The translations under genes and the position numbers were made by a program. A DNA stretch of 64,000 nucleotides from an uncultured Roseivirgaceae bacterium (GTDB lineage Bacteria; Bacteroidota; Bacteroidia; Cytophagales; Cyclobacteriaceae): assembly GCA_964393795.1 (NCBI GenBank), contig CAYMWA010000002.1, positions 15,604 through 79,603 of the forward strand. Direction: 5' to 3'. This document shows positions 18,088-27,516 of this stretch, piece by piece (within the stretch, counting starts at the first letter, position 1; each line of letters starts with the position of its first letter). Under the pieces are notes generated by a model. The model was given only the letters and a program-made list of their open reading frames with translations, searched no databases and was not told where the DNA came from.

Positions 18088-20208
18088 CTACGACAGGGTT
18101 TGATAGACGATCCAGGCCGAAATATAGGCCAGTCCGGTCATATAGAACAACTGAATCATCGGCCATTTCCAACCACCTGTCTCGCGATAGACGACGGCAA
18201 GCGTGCTCATGCACTGCATCGCAAACAAATAGAAGATAAGCAGCGAAAATCCAACGGCAGGTGTGAACCGCGGGCCGCCGGTCTCGGGATTGATCTCCTG
18301 TCTCATCCGGCTCTTAATGGTGGTGTCGCTTTCATCGTCACCGCTTCCGATGCTGTAGATGGTTGCCATCGTGCCCACGAACACCTCGCGGGCGGCAAAG
18401 GAAGTGACCAACGCGATACCAATTTTCCAATCATAGCCCAATGGACGGATGGCGGGTTCCAGTGCTTTTCCAATTACGCCTGCATACGAATTTTCAAGTT
18501 TGTACGCGGCAATCCGGTCGTCGAGATCGGCACTGCTCAGCGATTCACTGCCCGAGGCGGCCAGCACATTTTCGCGGGCGTTGGCCAACCGGTCGCCCGG
18601 TCCGTAGCTGGCAAGTACCCAGAGTATGATCGAGATGGCCATGATAATTTTGCCAGCCTCCAGAACGAAGGCCTTCGTTTTTTCGATAATCGTGTAACCG
18701 ACGTTGGACCACTTCGGCAAGCGATAGGTGGGCAATTCCATGATGAGGAAGCTACGCTCTTTTACGCGGATAATCTGCTTCATGACCCATGCGGACCCGA
18801 TGGCTGCCACAAACCCCAAGAGGTAGAGTGCCATCAGGGCAATCCCCTGGAGATTGAAGAACCCGAGTGCCTTTTGATCGGGCACAATGAGGGCGATAAG
18901 GATGGTGAACACCGGCAGCCGCGCCGAACAGCTCATCAACGGCGTGACGAAAATGGTGATCATGCGCTCTTTCCAGTTATCAATCGTCCGGGTAGCCATG
19001 ATGGCGGGGATCGCACAGGCGACACCTGACATCAGCGGGACGACACTCTTGCCGTTCAGGCCGAACCGCCGCATGAGCTTATCCATCAGAAAGACAACCC
19101 GGGCCATATAGCCGCTCTCTTCCAGTACCGATATGAAAGCAAACAGAATGGCAATCTGCGGCACGAAGATGACAATACCTCCGATACCCGGAATGATGCC
19201 GTCAGCCAGGAGGCTTGTTAGCGGGCCATCAGGAAGAAGCGTGTGCAGATACGATGACAAATCCGAGAACAGCATGTCGATCATGTCCATCGGCACGGTC
19301 GCCCATGCGAAGATCGCCTGGAACATCAGGAACAAAATTCCGAAAAAGATCAGGTAGCCCCAGACTTTGTGCGTGAGGGCCTTGTCAAGTCGGCGCGAAT
19401 AGTTTTTCCAGGAAAGATCACTTTGGGAAAGTGTAACTTCGTTGAGGAGATCCTGAATGAACGTATAGCGCTGGATCGTTTCAGCGCCCTGAAATTTACC
19501 CGGCGTGAACTGGTACTCCGCGCGAATCTCATCAACGGTTTCCCGGTCTTTTTTTGGAAGGAATTTCAGCGACTCCGGTTGCTCGAGAAATTGGTAGGCC
19601 TCGTAGTCGTTGTCGACGCCGAGCGTTTGGCGAACGGCCTTCACCGGCGCCTTTGCCTCTTCCCAAATCTTGAACACGGGACGGGGAGGCAGGGCCATCG
19701 GCGCGACAATCGCTTTCTTGAGTTCTTCTATTCCCACACCCATTCGCGCGTTGATGGGAATGACGGGTATGCGAAGTTTTTTTGACAGCGTCTGAATATC
19801 GTAGGCGATGCCGGCGCGCGCGACAAGGTCCATCATGTTGAGGGCCAGGATCACCGGAAGCCCGATGTCCATGATTTGCGTCAGCAGAAGCAAGCCGCGC
19901 TTGAGGTTGGTGGCATCTGCCATCACCACAACCTTGTCCGGTGTGGCGGGACCATGGTGGTCAAGTAAGATTTCCGATACGATGCGCTCGTCAAGGCTGC
20001 GCGGGTAGATACTGTAAACGCCGGGCAAGTCGATCACTTCCAGGGTGGAGCCGTCCGGAAGGGTTGTGAATCCCACCCGCTTTTCTACTGTAACACCGGG
20101 AAAGTTGCCGATTTTCTGCTTGAGCCCGGTGAGTTGATTAAAAAGGGATGATTTGCCGGAGTTGGGATTACCTACCAACGCAACTTTCTGCCGCCTCGAG
20201 ATTGCCAT
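18088..20208 (-). CDS. feoB: Ferrous iron transporter B
   Basis: GNPNSGKSS, NFPGVTVE, DLPG and NMMD G-domain motifs. Membrane motifs GKSVVPL.SG.ACAIP, TPLMSCSARLP and FAAREVFV. Confidence 0.97.
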   Translation of the reverse strand: MAISRRQKVALVGNPNSGKSSLFNQLTGLKQKIGNFPGVTVEKRVGFTTLPDGSTLEVIDLPGVYSIYPRSLDERIVSEILLDHHGPATPDKVVVMADATNLKRGLLLLTQIMDIGLPVILALNMMDLVARAGIAYDIQTLSKKLRIPVIPINARMGVGIEELKKAIVAPMALPPRPVFKIWEEAKAPVKAVRQTLGVDNDYEAYQFLEQPESLKFLPKKDRETVDEIRAEYQFTPGKFQGAETIQRYTFIQDLLNEVTLSQSDLSWKNYSRRLDKALTHKVWGYLIFFGILFLMFQAIFAWATVPMDMIDMLFSDLSSYLHTLLPDGPLTSLLADGIIPGIGGIVIFVPQIAILFAFISVLEESGYMARVVFLMDKLMRRFGLNGKSVVPLMSGVACAIPAIMATRTIDNWKERMITIFVTPLMSCSARLPVFTILIALIVPDQKALGFFNLQGIALMALYLLGFVAAIGSAWVMKQIIRVKERSFLIMELPTYRLPKWSNVGYTIIEKTKAFVLEAGKIIMAISIILWVLASYGPGDRLANARENVLAASGSESLSSADLDDRIAAYKLENSYAGVIGKALEPAIRPLGYDWKIGIALVTSFAAREVFVGTMATIYSIGSGDDESDTTIKSRMRQEINPETGGPRFTPAVGFSLLIFYLFAMQCMSTLAVVYRETGGWKWPMIQLFYMTGLAYISAWIVYQTLS

Positions 20209-20441
20209 TAACTAACGATTGAAATGGTCGCGGCCTCTTCAATTCTCAGGGAGAGCTCGTAACCGGAAACACTGATACACACCGGATCTCCAAAAGGAGC
20301 TGTGAAATTAAATCGCACCGGAATCCCCGGAAGACACCCCATCTCCATGAGTTTAACTGACAGGTATTCGTCCGTAAAGCCTGAAATAATGGCGACATCG
20401 CCGGGTTGCATTTCAGATACTTTTGTTGGATGTGGGGTCAT
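20208..20441 (-). CDS. feoA: Ferrous iron transport protein A
   Basis: KLMEMGCLPG...APFGDP...LSLR SH3-like pattern. 1-nt overlap with feoB. Confidence 0.95.
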   Translation of the reverse strand: MTPHPTKVSEMQPGDVAIISGFTDEYLSVKLMEMGCLPGIPVRFNFTAPFGDPVCISVSGYELSLRIEEAATISIVS

Positions 20442-20444
20442 GTC

Positions 20445-20467
20445 TTATTTAGATTAAATTTAAACAA
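20445..20467. promoter_or_regulatory. Putative iron/metal repressor operator at feoA
   Basis: TTATTTAGA-TTAAA-TTTAAACAA imperfect palindrome lying between the promoter and the feoA start codon. Confidence 0.55.
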
Positions 20468-20469
20468 GG

Positions 20470-20500
20470 CAAAGATATGGGCGATTCCTGTCCTGTGCAA
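20470..20500 (-). promoter_or_regulatory. feoAB promoter (-33/-7)
   Basis: Minus-strand TATCTTTG (20477-20470) with TTG 20 nt upstream (20500-20498). Confidence 0.65.
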
Positions 20501-20547
20501 TGATTTGGCTCAGTATTGTGTTGACCTGAAAGGAAACTACTTGTCCG

Positions 20548-20718
20548 ATGCGCACGAAAAAAGAAAACAAACCGAAACCCCCGAAAGAGGCACCGAATCC
20601 ACCGGCGCGCCCCGCAAATGAACCGGCCGGCGCAGCGGTCGAACAGCGCGAAGATGACCGGGACGACTACGGCGGGTTTCCCGACCGTGACCTCAAGAAA
20701 AATCTCGGATGCGGCTAG
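20548..20718 (+). CDS. 56-aa small protein ending GGFPDRDLKKNLGCG (not in the ORF track)
   Basis: Manual translation: MRTKKENKPKPPKEAPNPPARPANEPAGAAVEQREDDRDDYGGFPDRDLKKNLGCG*. It fills the feoA-alr gap and stops 9 nt from the alr stop. Confidence 0.7.
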   Translation: MRTKKENKPKPPKEAPNPPARPANEPAGAAVEQREDDRDDYGGFPDRDLKKNLGCG

Positions 20719-20727
20719 CACGGCGAC

Positions 20728-23151
20728 TCAAATGCTTTCTGCCGTAAAGACGCGCTTTACGCGTTCACTTGTATTCGTCAGAATCTCATAGGGAATCGTG
20801 TGGATGCTTTCGGCCAGCCCCTCAATAGGAAGGTCTTTTCCAAAAACAATGGCTTCGTCACCCTCCCGTGCCGGAATGCCGGTAATATCGACCATGGTCA
20901 TGTCCATGCACACATTGCCAACGACAGGTGCCGGTTTTCCATGCACCAATACCTGTCCGACTCCCTGACTAAAGGCCCGGCTGAACCCGTCGGCGTAGCC
21001 AATAGCAACGGTGGCGATGGTAAGCGGCTTGTCTGCCGTTCCCTTACGTCCGTAGCCAATACTCTCGCCTGTGGCAACGTGCCTGATTTGGGAGATGATG
21101 GTCTTGAGTGTCGCAACAGGTCTCAGGTTGTGTCCCGACCGTGTCGGATCGATGCCGTAGAGCCCGATGCCGAGTCGCACCATGTCGAACTGGAACTCCG
21201 GTAAGCGCAGGATGCCCGGCGTATTCAGGATATGGTATAGTGGACGTGCCGGAAGTTCGGCCGCGATCGCATCGGCGATGGACTTGAATCGTTCGGCCTG
21301 GGTCTTTGAAAACGCATCGTGAACCGCCTCATCGGCACCCGCCAGGTGGCTGAAGATGGAGGCCACATGAAGGTTGCGGTGTTCTTTCAGCAATGCGATC
21401 AACCCGGCCACTTGATCGACATCGAAACCGAGCCGTCGCATGCCGGTGTCGATCTTGATGTGGATGCTGCACGGCCTGTTGTCCAGGAAACGGATGAGGC
21501 TTTTGAGGATCCGGAAGCTGTACACTTCAGGCTCAAGCCTGTATCGCGACATGGCCTCGAATCCCTCTTCGGCGGGATTCATCACCATGATGGGTAAATC
21601 GATGTTGTTCTTTCTGAGCTCGACACCTTCGTCCGCATAAGCGACACCCAGATAGTCGATGCGATGGTACTGCAGCACGTTGGCAATTTCCACGCTGCCG
21701 CTTCCATACGCGAAAGCCTTCACCATCGCCATAATCCTCGTTTCCGGTTGCAGGCGGCTCTTGAAATAATGAAGGTTGTGCACGAGGGCGCCGAGATCGA
21801 TCTCCATGACAGTACCGTGAACCTTTCGCTGGATGTGGTTGACGATCTTTTCGAATGAAAAGACTCTTGCGCCTTTGACAAGAATCGCCTCATCCTGTAA
21901 TGTGGAGAAATCAAAGTCCGTTAGAAAATCTTCGGTCGAGCGATAGAAAATCGAATCGGAAGGGAATTGTTCCTGATGGGCAAAGAGCACCGGTCCTATA
22001 CCGACGAAGTGATCAATGTGCGCAGCCGAAACAAGCGACGCCATTCGCCTGACCACCTCCAGCGCCGAAAGTCCTGACTGATGGATGTCGGACAAAATCA
22101 CTCGCTTTCTTTGCTTTTGCTTTTGTTGTGAAAGAAAATCCAGACTTATCTGCAATCCGGCCAGATCGTTGTTGTATGTGTCGTCGATGATCTGGCATTG
22201 GTTAATCCCTTCCTTGATCTCCAGGCGCATGGGGATGGCGCGCAGCGATTGGACACGCGACTGAATTTCTTCCGGGGAAAGGCCAAAGTATAGCATCACC
22301 GCAACGCAGTGAAAGCAGTTCTCGATCGATGCAGGATCGGAGAAAGGAAGCGTAAGGTCAAACGACTTACCGTTGGTGATTATCGTATAGCCGCCCGACG
22401 CTTTGGCTATTTGGATGGTCGCACTTTCCTGGGCGCCCCACGAAAGACCACTTATGCCCGCCTCGCGGATGGCCTGGTCAATCGCCGTATGATCCTTGCA
22501 GTATACGACGACCTTTGACCCGGCGAAGAGCCGGAGTTTCTCCCGGATCTTTTCGTCGGTATTGCCAAAACCTTCATCATGTGCTGAACCGATGTTGGTG
22601 AACACACCAATGGTGGGGCGTAATATCTTTTGCAACCGGGCCATCTCTCCTGTGGTTGAGATCCCGGCTTCGAAGATGCCAAGCGTATGGTATGCTTGCA
22701 GCTGCCACACGGAAAGCGGCACTCCGAGTTGCGAATTGTAGCTTGCGGGGTTCTTGGCAATCTTAAAGTCTGGAGAAAGCAGCTGGTACAGCCATTCTTT
22801 GACAATCGTCTTTCCGTTACTGCCAGTCACCGCGATCACCGGCGCGTCGGTCTCCTGCCGATGAACCGATGCGATATCCTGAATAGCGCTGATGGAAGAA
22901 GCTACCTGCAACACGTTGGCATCACCACCGATCGCCACCGGTTTTTCGACGACAAACTGTCGAACACCGGCTTCATACAAAGCGTCGACGAACTGGTGCC
23001 CATCGTGGTGTAAGCCGTTGATCGCAAAAAACACAGCGCCCTCCGACACCAGCGCCTTCCGGCTGTCGGTCAGGAGATGGGTGACGGGCCGGTCCCCGAA
23101 ATGCTGAAGGATTTTGCCGCCGGTGATTCCGGGGAGTTGCGAAAAGAGCAT
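20728..23151 (-). CDS. alr: Bifunctional MurF-like ligase / alanine racemase
   Basis: VTGSNGKT Mur-ligase N-half. Racemase motifs MVKAFAYGSG (PLP Lys), IKIDTGMRRLG, VRLGIGLYG, IGYADG and VCMDM. Confidence 0.95.
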   Translation of the reverse strand: MLFSQLPGITGGKILQHFGDRPVTHLLTDSRKALVSEGAVFFAINGLHHDGHQFVDALYEAGVRQFVVEKPVAIGGDANVLQVASSISAIQDIASVHRQETDAPVIAVTGSNGKTIVKEWLYQLLSPDFKIAKNPASYNSQLGVPLSVWQLQAYHTLGIFEAGISTTGEMARLQKILRPTIGVFTNIGSAHDEGFGNTDEKIREKLRLFAGSKVVVYCKDHTAIDQAIREAGISGLSWGAQESATIQIAKASGGYTIITNGKSFDLTLPFSDPASIENCFHCVAVMLYFGLSPEEIQSRVQSLRAIPMRLEIKEGINQCQIIDDTYNNDLAGLQISLDFLSQQKQKQRKRVILSDIHQSGLSALEVVRRMASLVSAAHIDHFVGIGPVLFAHQEQFPSDSIFYRSTEDFLTDFDFSTLQDEAILVKGARVFSFEKIVNHIQRKVHGTVMEIDLGALVHNLHYFKSRLQPETRIMAMVKAFAYGSGSVEIANVLQYHRIDYLGVAYADEGVELRKNNIDLPIMVMNPAEEGFEAMSRYRLEPEVYSFRILKSLIRFLDNRPCSIHIKIDTGMRRLGFDVDQVAGLIALLKEHRNLHVASIFSHLAGADEAVHDAFSKTQAERFKSIADAIAAELPARPLYHILNTPGILRLPEFQFDMVRLGIGLYGIDPTRSGHNLRPVATLKTIISQIRHVATGESIGYGRKGTADKPLTIATVAIGYADGFSRAFSQGVGQVLVHGKPAPVVGNVCMDMTMVDITGIPAREGDEAIVFGKDLPIEGLAESIHTIPYEILTNTSERVKRVFTAESI

Positions 23152-23306
23152 GGCGCAAAAATCAGAAACTTTTGATGCTTTCGGTGCAGAAGGGCATAAA
23201 AGTTGCGGCTATTTCAGGTAGGTGCCCTTGATTATCCGGGTTTATTTCGTATTATTCGACGTTTTATTTCAAAATATATTGACGAAACCTGCTTTTGCCG
23301 AAGTTC

Positions 23307-23672
23307 ATGAAGGGTTTGCTTCCACATATGCTGTTCTGCGCCGTCTTGCTGACGGTCTGTGCAACGGCCGCCCAGGCGCAGGATGCGGGGATGTCTGATG
23401 TGGAAATCGTCGATGAAGCCCACACCGGCAGCAAGGTCATCTATGCACCCGGCGAAGACCTTCGATATGTGCCTCAGGGCAGCGCGGTAGTCAAACCAAG
23501 TGATTCTGTTTACCTCCAGATACAGGACTTTCCGATGCAACAGGCAACCATGAGGCCTCCGGAAGATCCTTCGTCGAAAGAATCTGAGAAGTCAAAGGAC
23601 GATTCAATTCTCACCTTCAACTTTCTGTACTACATCATTCAGAAGTACAAGTTGCAGGATATCATCGACTGA
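23307..23672 (+). CDS. Hypothetical secreted protein
   Basis: Signal peptide ending AQA, a low-complexity middle, and C-terminal SILTFNFLYYIIQKYKLQDIID. Confidence 0.7.
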   Translation: MKGLLPHMLFCAVLLTVCATAAQAQDAGMSDVEIVDEAHTGSKVIYAPGEDLRYVPQGSAVVKPSDSVYLQIQDFPMQQATMRPPEDPSSKESEKSKDDSILTFNFLYYIIQKYKLQDIID

Positions 23673-23751
23673 CCTGCCCGTCAACCGTTCAACACTCTCT
23701 TTCTTGAACATTATGCAGCGTGTTTCCCATTTTTGCATATACTTTCTATAT

Positions 23752-23766
23752 TGCAACGTTGTTGCA
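23752..23766. promoter_or_regulatory. Putative Zur/Fur-family operator
   Basis: Perfect inverted repeat TGCAAC-GTT-GTTGCA just upstream of the likely TBDR start (GTG 23774 or TTG 23777). Confidence 0.6.
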
Positions 23767-23773
23767 TAAAGCT

Positions 23774-26170
23774 GTGTTGAGATTCGTCCGCCTTTACTTC
23801 CTTCTGATACTATTTTCGGCCCTCGCCCCAGCAGCGCGCGCACAGACGTGTTCGGACGCTTTGGCGGGTGTTATTGCCGATGAGCAAGGCGGACCGTTGC
23901 CGGGCGCGGTGATCACCGTGGAGGAAAACGGTCTTCAGGCTATTTCGGATGCCAATGGCTCATTTCGATTGTCGGGATTTTGTCCGGGAAGCTATTCCCT
24001 TCGCATTACCTTTATCGGATACGAACCGCTGACGCGGTCGGTGACGGTTCCGCAGCAGCGAGCGCTCACCTTACGGCTACAGCCATCGGAGACGATGCTC
24101 GAAGATGTGACCGTGGAAGCGCATCGGGCGTCGAAGAGCGCGACACAAACAGTAGCCACCCTGCACACAGATGAACTTCAGAATTTGCATGGAAAACCGC
24201 TTGGGGAATCGCTTAAGGAGATCCCCGGTGTAAATGCGTTGCAGACAGGGCCATCGATTTTCAAGCCTGTGATCGACGGCCTTCACAGTCAGCGCATACT
24301 GATCCTGAATAACGGCATCCGGCAGGAGGGCCAGCAATGGGGTGTGGAGCATGCGCCTGAAATTGACCCGTTTATCGCCTCCGAGATTGTGGTGCTGAAG
24401 GGTGCTGAAACGGTGCGATACGGGTCGGCTGCTATGGGTGGCGTGATCATCATCAATCCGCCACCGTTGCACGAGACGAAAAAAGTAGGGGGCGAATTGA
24501 ATCTCGGCTTGATGTCGAACAACCGGATGGGGGTATTTTCCGGATTGGTGGAAGGCAATCTCGCCGCAGAGTCCAGGTGGAGCTGGCGGCTCCAGAGTTC
24601 CGTCAAGAAGGGTGGGGATTATCATACGCCCGACTATAATCTTTCGAACACCGGTGTCGAGGAATTCAATTTTTCGGGCGCTTTGGGTTTTAAGGACGAA
24701 GGCAGAGGACTTGAATTTTACCTCAGCAGCTTCAATTCCGAAACCGCTATATTGAGGGCGGCACATACAGGCAACCTCGATGACCTTTGGCGCTCAATCT
24801 CTACGGAACGTCCGTGGTACATCGATGATTTCAGTTACACGCTGGACCCACCACGGCAGGAGACAAGACACCATCTGCTAAAGGTCAGCGGCTACCAGCA
24901 GATCAAAGGCCTTGGGAAGCTGACGATGCTTTACGGCGGACAATACGACGATCGTCAGGAGTTTGACATCCGGCGCTCAGGAAGGAGCGCTCGACCTTCT
25001 CTTTCGCTCAACCTCTTGAGCCATGTCCTCGATGTATCGGTTGATCACGCTCACGCCACACACAGTGGGAGCTTTGGCATTAACGGGACATTAAAAGTAA
25101 ATCGAAACGATACAGAGTCAACGGGTGTGCGACCATTGCTGCCCGATTTTCGTCAGGCGTCTGCCGGCGTGTTCGTGTTGGAAAAATGGAAGAACGACAA
25201 CCTGATTTTGGAGGGAGGCCTGCGGTATGATTTTCAGCACCTGCAGGTACTTACCTTCATCCAAAATCAGCAATTGATCAAGCCTCGTTTCAATTTCAGC
25301 TTTCTGTCGGGCACCCTTGGCGCTACGGTCCTGTTCAGTCCGAAATGGCGGCTGTTGTCAAATTTGGGAATTTCGTCGCGGCCCCCACATGTCAGCGAAC
25401 TGTATAGTGAAGGCCTGCACCACGGAACCGCTTCCATTGAAGAAGGATTGATGCGTCAGGGCGGCAACGTCAATACGGAACAATCGACGATTAACAACGA
25501 GCATTCGCGCAAGTGGATCAATACCCTTCAGTACACTGGTGAGAAGCTTTCGGTCGACTTCTCAGTCTACTACAACGCCATCAACAACTATGTGTATTTA
25601 CGGCCGATGGGTACGCGTTTTACCGTCCGTGGATTTTTTCCGGTCTTTAGATACGAGCAAACGGATGCCGTGCTTGCGGGCAGTGATGCAGCGGTAAAGT
25701 GGGCGATCAGTGAGAAGTTTTCCTTCAGCAGCAAGTTCTCCTACATCTACGCGAAGGACAAAGTAAAGAACGATGTAGTGATCTATATTCCACCAGCCCA
25801 ATGGGAAAACGGATTGAGTTTCACCCTCCCTGCGCTTGGTAAGCTGAAGGACTTCCGCGCGGGCATCAGTGTCCCGCTGACCTTCCGCCAGAACAGGGCA
25901 CCCGAAGCTGTCGATCCGCGTAGCATTGATGAAGGAGATGTGCCGGACCGGGTTTTTGATTTTGCGCCGGCACCCAGGGGCTATGCGCTGCTCAATGCCA
26001 ATATCGGGTTCAAATGGCCTGTTGGCGACCATATGCTTGGCATCTCACTCACAGGCGAAAATATTCTCAACGCCCGGTACCGGAACTACATGAATCGACT
26101 GCGCTACTATGCAGACGACATCGGCTCGAATTTTATACTGCGCGTATCGTATAACTTCCTTTCACACTAA
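23774..26170 (+). CDS. TonB-dependent receptor (likely metal uptake); start uncertain
   Basis: Signal peptide, carboxypeptidase-regulatory-like N-domain, plug (PVIDGLHSQRIL..GQQWGVEHAPEID), LYSEGLHHG and a beta-barrel-type C-terminus. Confidence 0.92.
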   Translation: MLRFVRLYFLLILFSALAPAARAQTCSDALAGVIADEQGGPLPGAVITVEENGLQAISDANGSFRLSGFCPGSYSLRITFIGYEPLTRSVTVPQQRALTLRLQPSETMLEDVTVEAHRASKSATQTVATLHTDELQNLHGKPLGESLKEIPGVNALQTGPSIFKPVIDGLHSQRILILNNGIRQEGQQWGVEHAPEIDPFIASEIVVLKGAETVRYGSAAMGGVIIINPPPLHETKKVGGELNLGLMSNNRMGVFSGLVEGNLAAESRWSWRLQSSVKKGGDYHTPDYNLSNTGVEEFNFSGALGFKDEGRGLEFYLSSFNSETAILRAAHTGNLDDLWRSISTERPWYIDDFSYTLDPPRQETRHHLLKVSGYQQIKGLGKLTMLYGGQYDDRQEFDIRRSGRSARPSLSLNLLSHVLDVSVDHAHATHSGSFGINGTLKVNRNDTESTGVRPLLPDFRQASAGVFVLEKWKNDNLILEGGLRYDFQHLQVLTFIQNQQLIKPRFNFSFLSGTLGATVLFSPKWRLLSNLGISSRPPHVSELYSEGLHHGTASIEEGLMRQGGNVNTEQSTINNEHSRKWINTLQYTGEKLSVDFSVYYNAINNYVYLRPMGTRFTVRGFFPVFRYEQTDAVLAGSDAAVKWAISEKFSFSSKFSYIYAKDKVKNDVVIYIPPAQWENGLSFTLPALGKLKDFRAGISVPLTFRQNRAPEAVDPRSIDEGDVPDRVFDFAPAPRGYALLNANIGFKWPVGDHMLGISLTGENILNARYRNYMNRLRYYADDIGSNFILRVSYNFLSH

Positions 26171-26172
26171 CC

Positions 26173-26736
26173 ATGACCAATACATTCATCCACCTTAGGC
26201 GCGAGTGGCCAGCCATGCTGATGTTGTTTTCCGGGCTCCTCCTGACCGGCTGTAAAAGCGAAGATCCGAAACCGGTCAACGAAGAGGAGGTGATCACCAC
26301 TGTTGAAGTGACGCTTGTGCCCGATGACGGCGGTGCTACCGTGACGCTAAAATTTTTCGATGAGGATGGTGAGTTTGGAAGTATTGCACCGGTAACAACG
26401 ATCAGCGGGCCGCTTAAAGCCGGCGCGACCTACGCGGGAGCGATCACATTGCTCAACGAGACACTTGAACCTGCTGAAAGTGTTTCCGATGAGGTTGCAG
26501 AAGAGGCAGACGCACATCTCTTTTGCTATACCACGAGCAACGTTGAAGTGGCTTATTCGGATCAAGATGCAAACGGGTTGCCTATCGGGTTGCTGACGAC
26601 ATGGACAGCGGGTGCTGCCGGGAACGCAGAGGTGGAAATCGTGTTGCGTCATCAGCCCGGGACGAAAGATGGGAAGTGCCCCGGCACGGGCGAGACCGAC
26701 GTTCAGGTGACTTTCCCATTGCAGGTCGTGGAGTAG
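26173..26736 (+). CDS. TBDR-associated surface lipoprotein
   Basis: Lipobox LTGC. Motifs EEEVITT, F.DEDG, EADAH and LRHQP...GETD. Starts 2 nt after the TBDR stop. Confidence 0.8.
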   Translation: MTNTFIHLRREWPAMLMLFSGLLLTGCKSEDPKPVNEEEVITTVEVTLVPDDGGATVTLKFFDEDGEFGSIAPVTTISGPLKAGATYAGAITLLNETLEPAESVSDEVAEEADAHLFCYTTSNVEVAYSDQDANGLPIGLLTTWTAGAAGNAEVEIVLRHQPGTKDGKCPGTGETDVQVTFPLQVVE

Positions 26737-26775
26737 GGATGACCATGCACGCAACAGACGTGCAGGGGCGCCGCG

Positions 26776-27516
26776 CTAGGAGGCCTTCACAAGAAAATGC
26801 TCTACGTCTTTGAGATTGAGCACGCCTTCATAGTAGGCTTTGCCAAAGATGACGGCGAAGATGCCCATGTCATTGAGGCGTCTGATATCATCCATGCCAC
26901 GCACACCGCCGCTGGCCAGCACGCACAGTTCCGGAAACGCATCGATAATTTGTTGGTAGTAATCAAAGGCGGGACCTTCGAGTACACCATCTCTTGAGAC
27001 ATCAGTTGACTTGAGGTACTTCAAGCCGCGATCGTAGAAAAAACGGAGGTGCTCAAAGAGCATGAGATTGGCGCGTCGCTGCCATCCACGGTAGAGCAGC
27101 TCTTTTGACTCCTGGTTGATGACATCCGCGCCAAGCGTCATTTTTTCCCGACCGTAAGAGACAATCCATGAGGCAAACAATTCCGGATCAGTTACCGCGA
27201 TGCTGGCGGCAGTGATGTATGCGGCACCGTACTCATATGCCTTCGCAATATCGCCATCGGTTGAAATGCCGCCGGTGAAGTCGACCTTGAGGTCGGTGTG
27301 CCCGGAGACAGCTTCGAGCACATGCCAATTGGCAGGATGTCCTCGTTCGGCGCCATCGAGGTCGACGAGGTGAATCACTTCAATGCCATGATCCTGAAAT
27401 CGCCGCGCCAGGTCCAGCGGATTTTCGTCGTACGATTTTTCGCTGGACTTATCGCCTTTGCGCATTTTCACCACACTTCCTTTCCTGATTGCGATTGAGG
27501 GAATTACCTGAATCAT
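26776..27516 (-). CDS. HisA-like TIM-barrel paralogue (degenerate active site)
   Basis: HLVDLDGA, GW, TDVSRDG.LEGP, ASGGV and FGKAYYEG are HisA-like, but strand 1 reads IPSIAI instead of IPAIDI. Confidence 0.85.
   Translation of the reverse strand: MIQVIPSIAIRKGSVVKMRKGDKSSEKSYDENPLDLARRFQDHGIEVIHLVDLDGAERGHPANWHVLEAVSGHTDLKVDFTGGISTDGDIAKAYEYGAAYITAASIAVTDPELFASWIVSYGREKMTLGADVINQESKELLYRGWQRRANLMLFEHLRFFYDRGLKYLKSTDVSRDGVLEGPAFDYYQQIIDAFPELCVLASGGVRGMDDIRRLNDMGIFAVIFGKAYYEGVLNLKDVEHFLVKAS

Noticed and set aside
20449-20721. 90-aa minus-strand ORF between alr and feoA
   Set aside because: It is antisense to the more plausible 56-aa plus ORF and runs through the feoA promoter and operator.
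26746-26764. TGCACG-N7-CGTGCA hairpin between convergent genes
   Set aside because: The stem is short with no U-tract, which is too weak to call a terminator.
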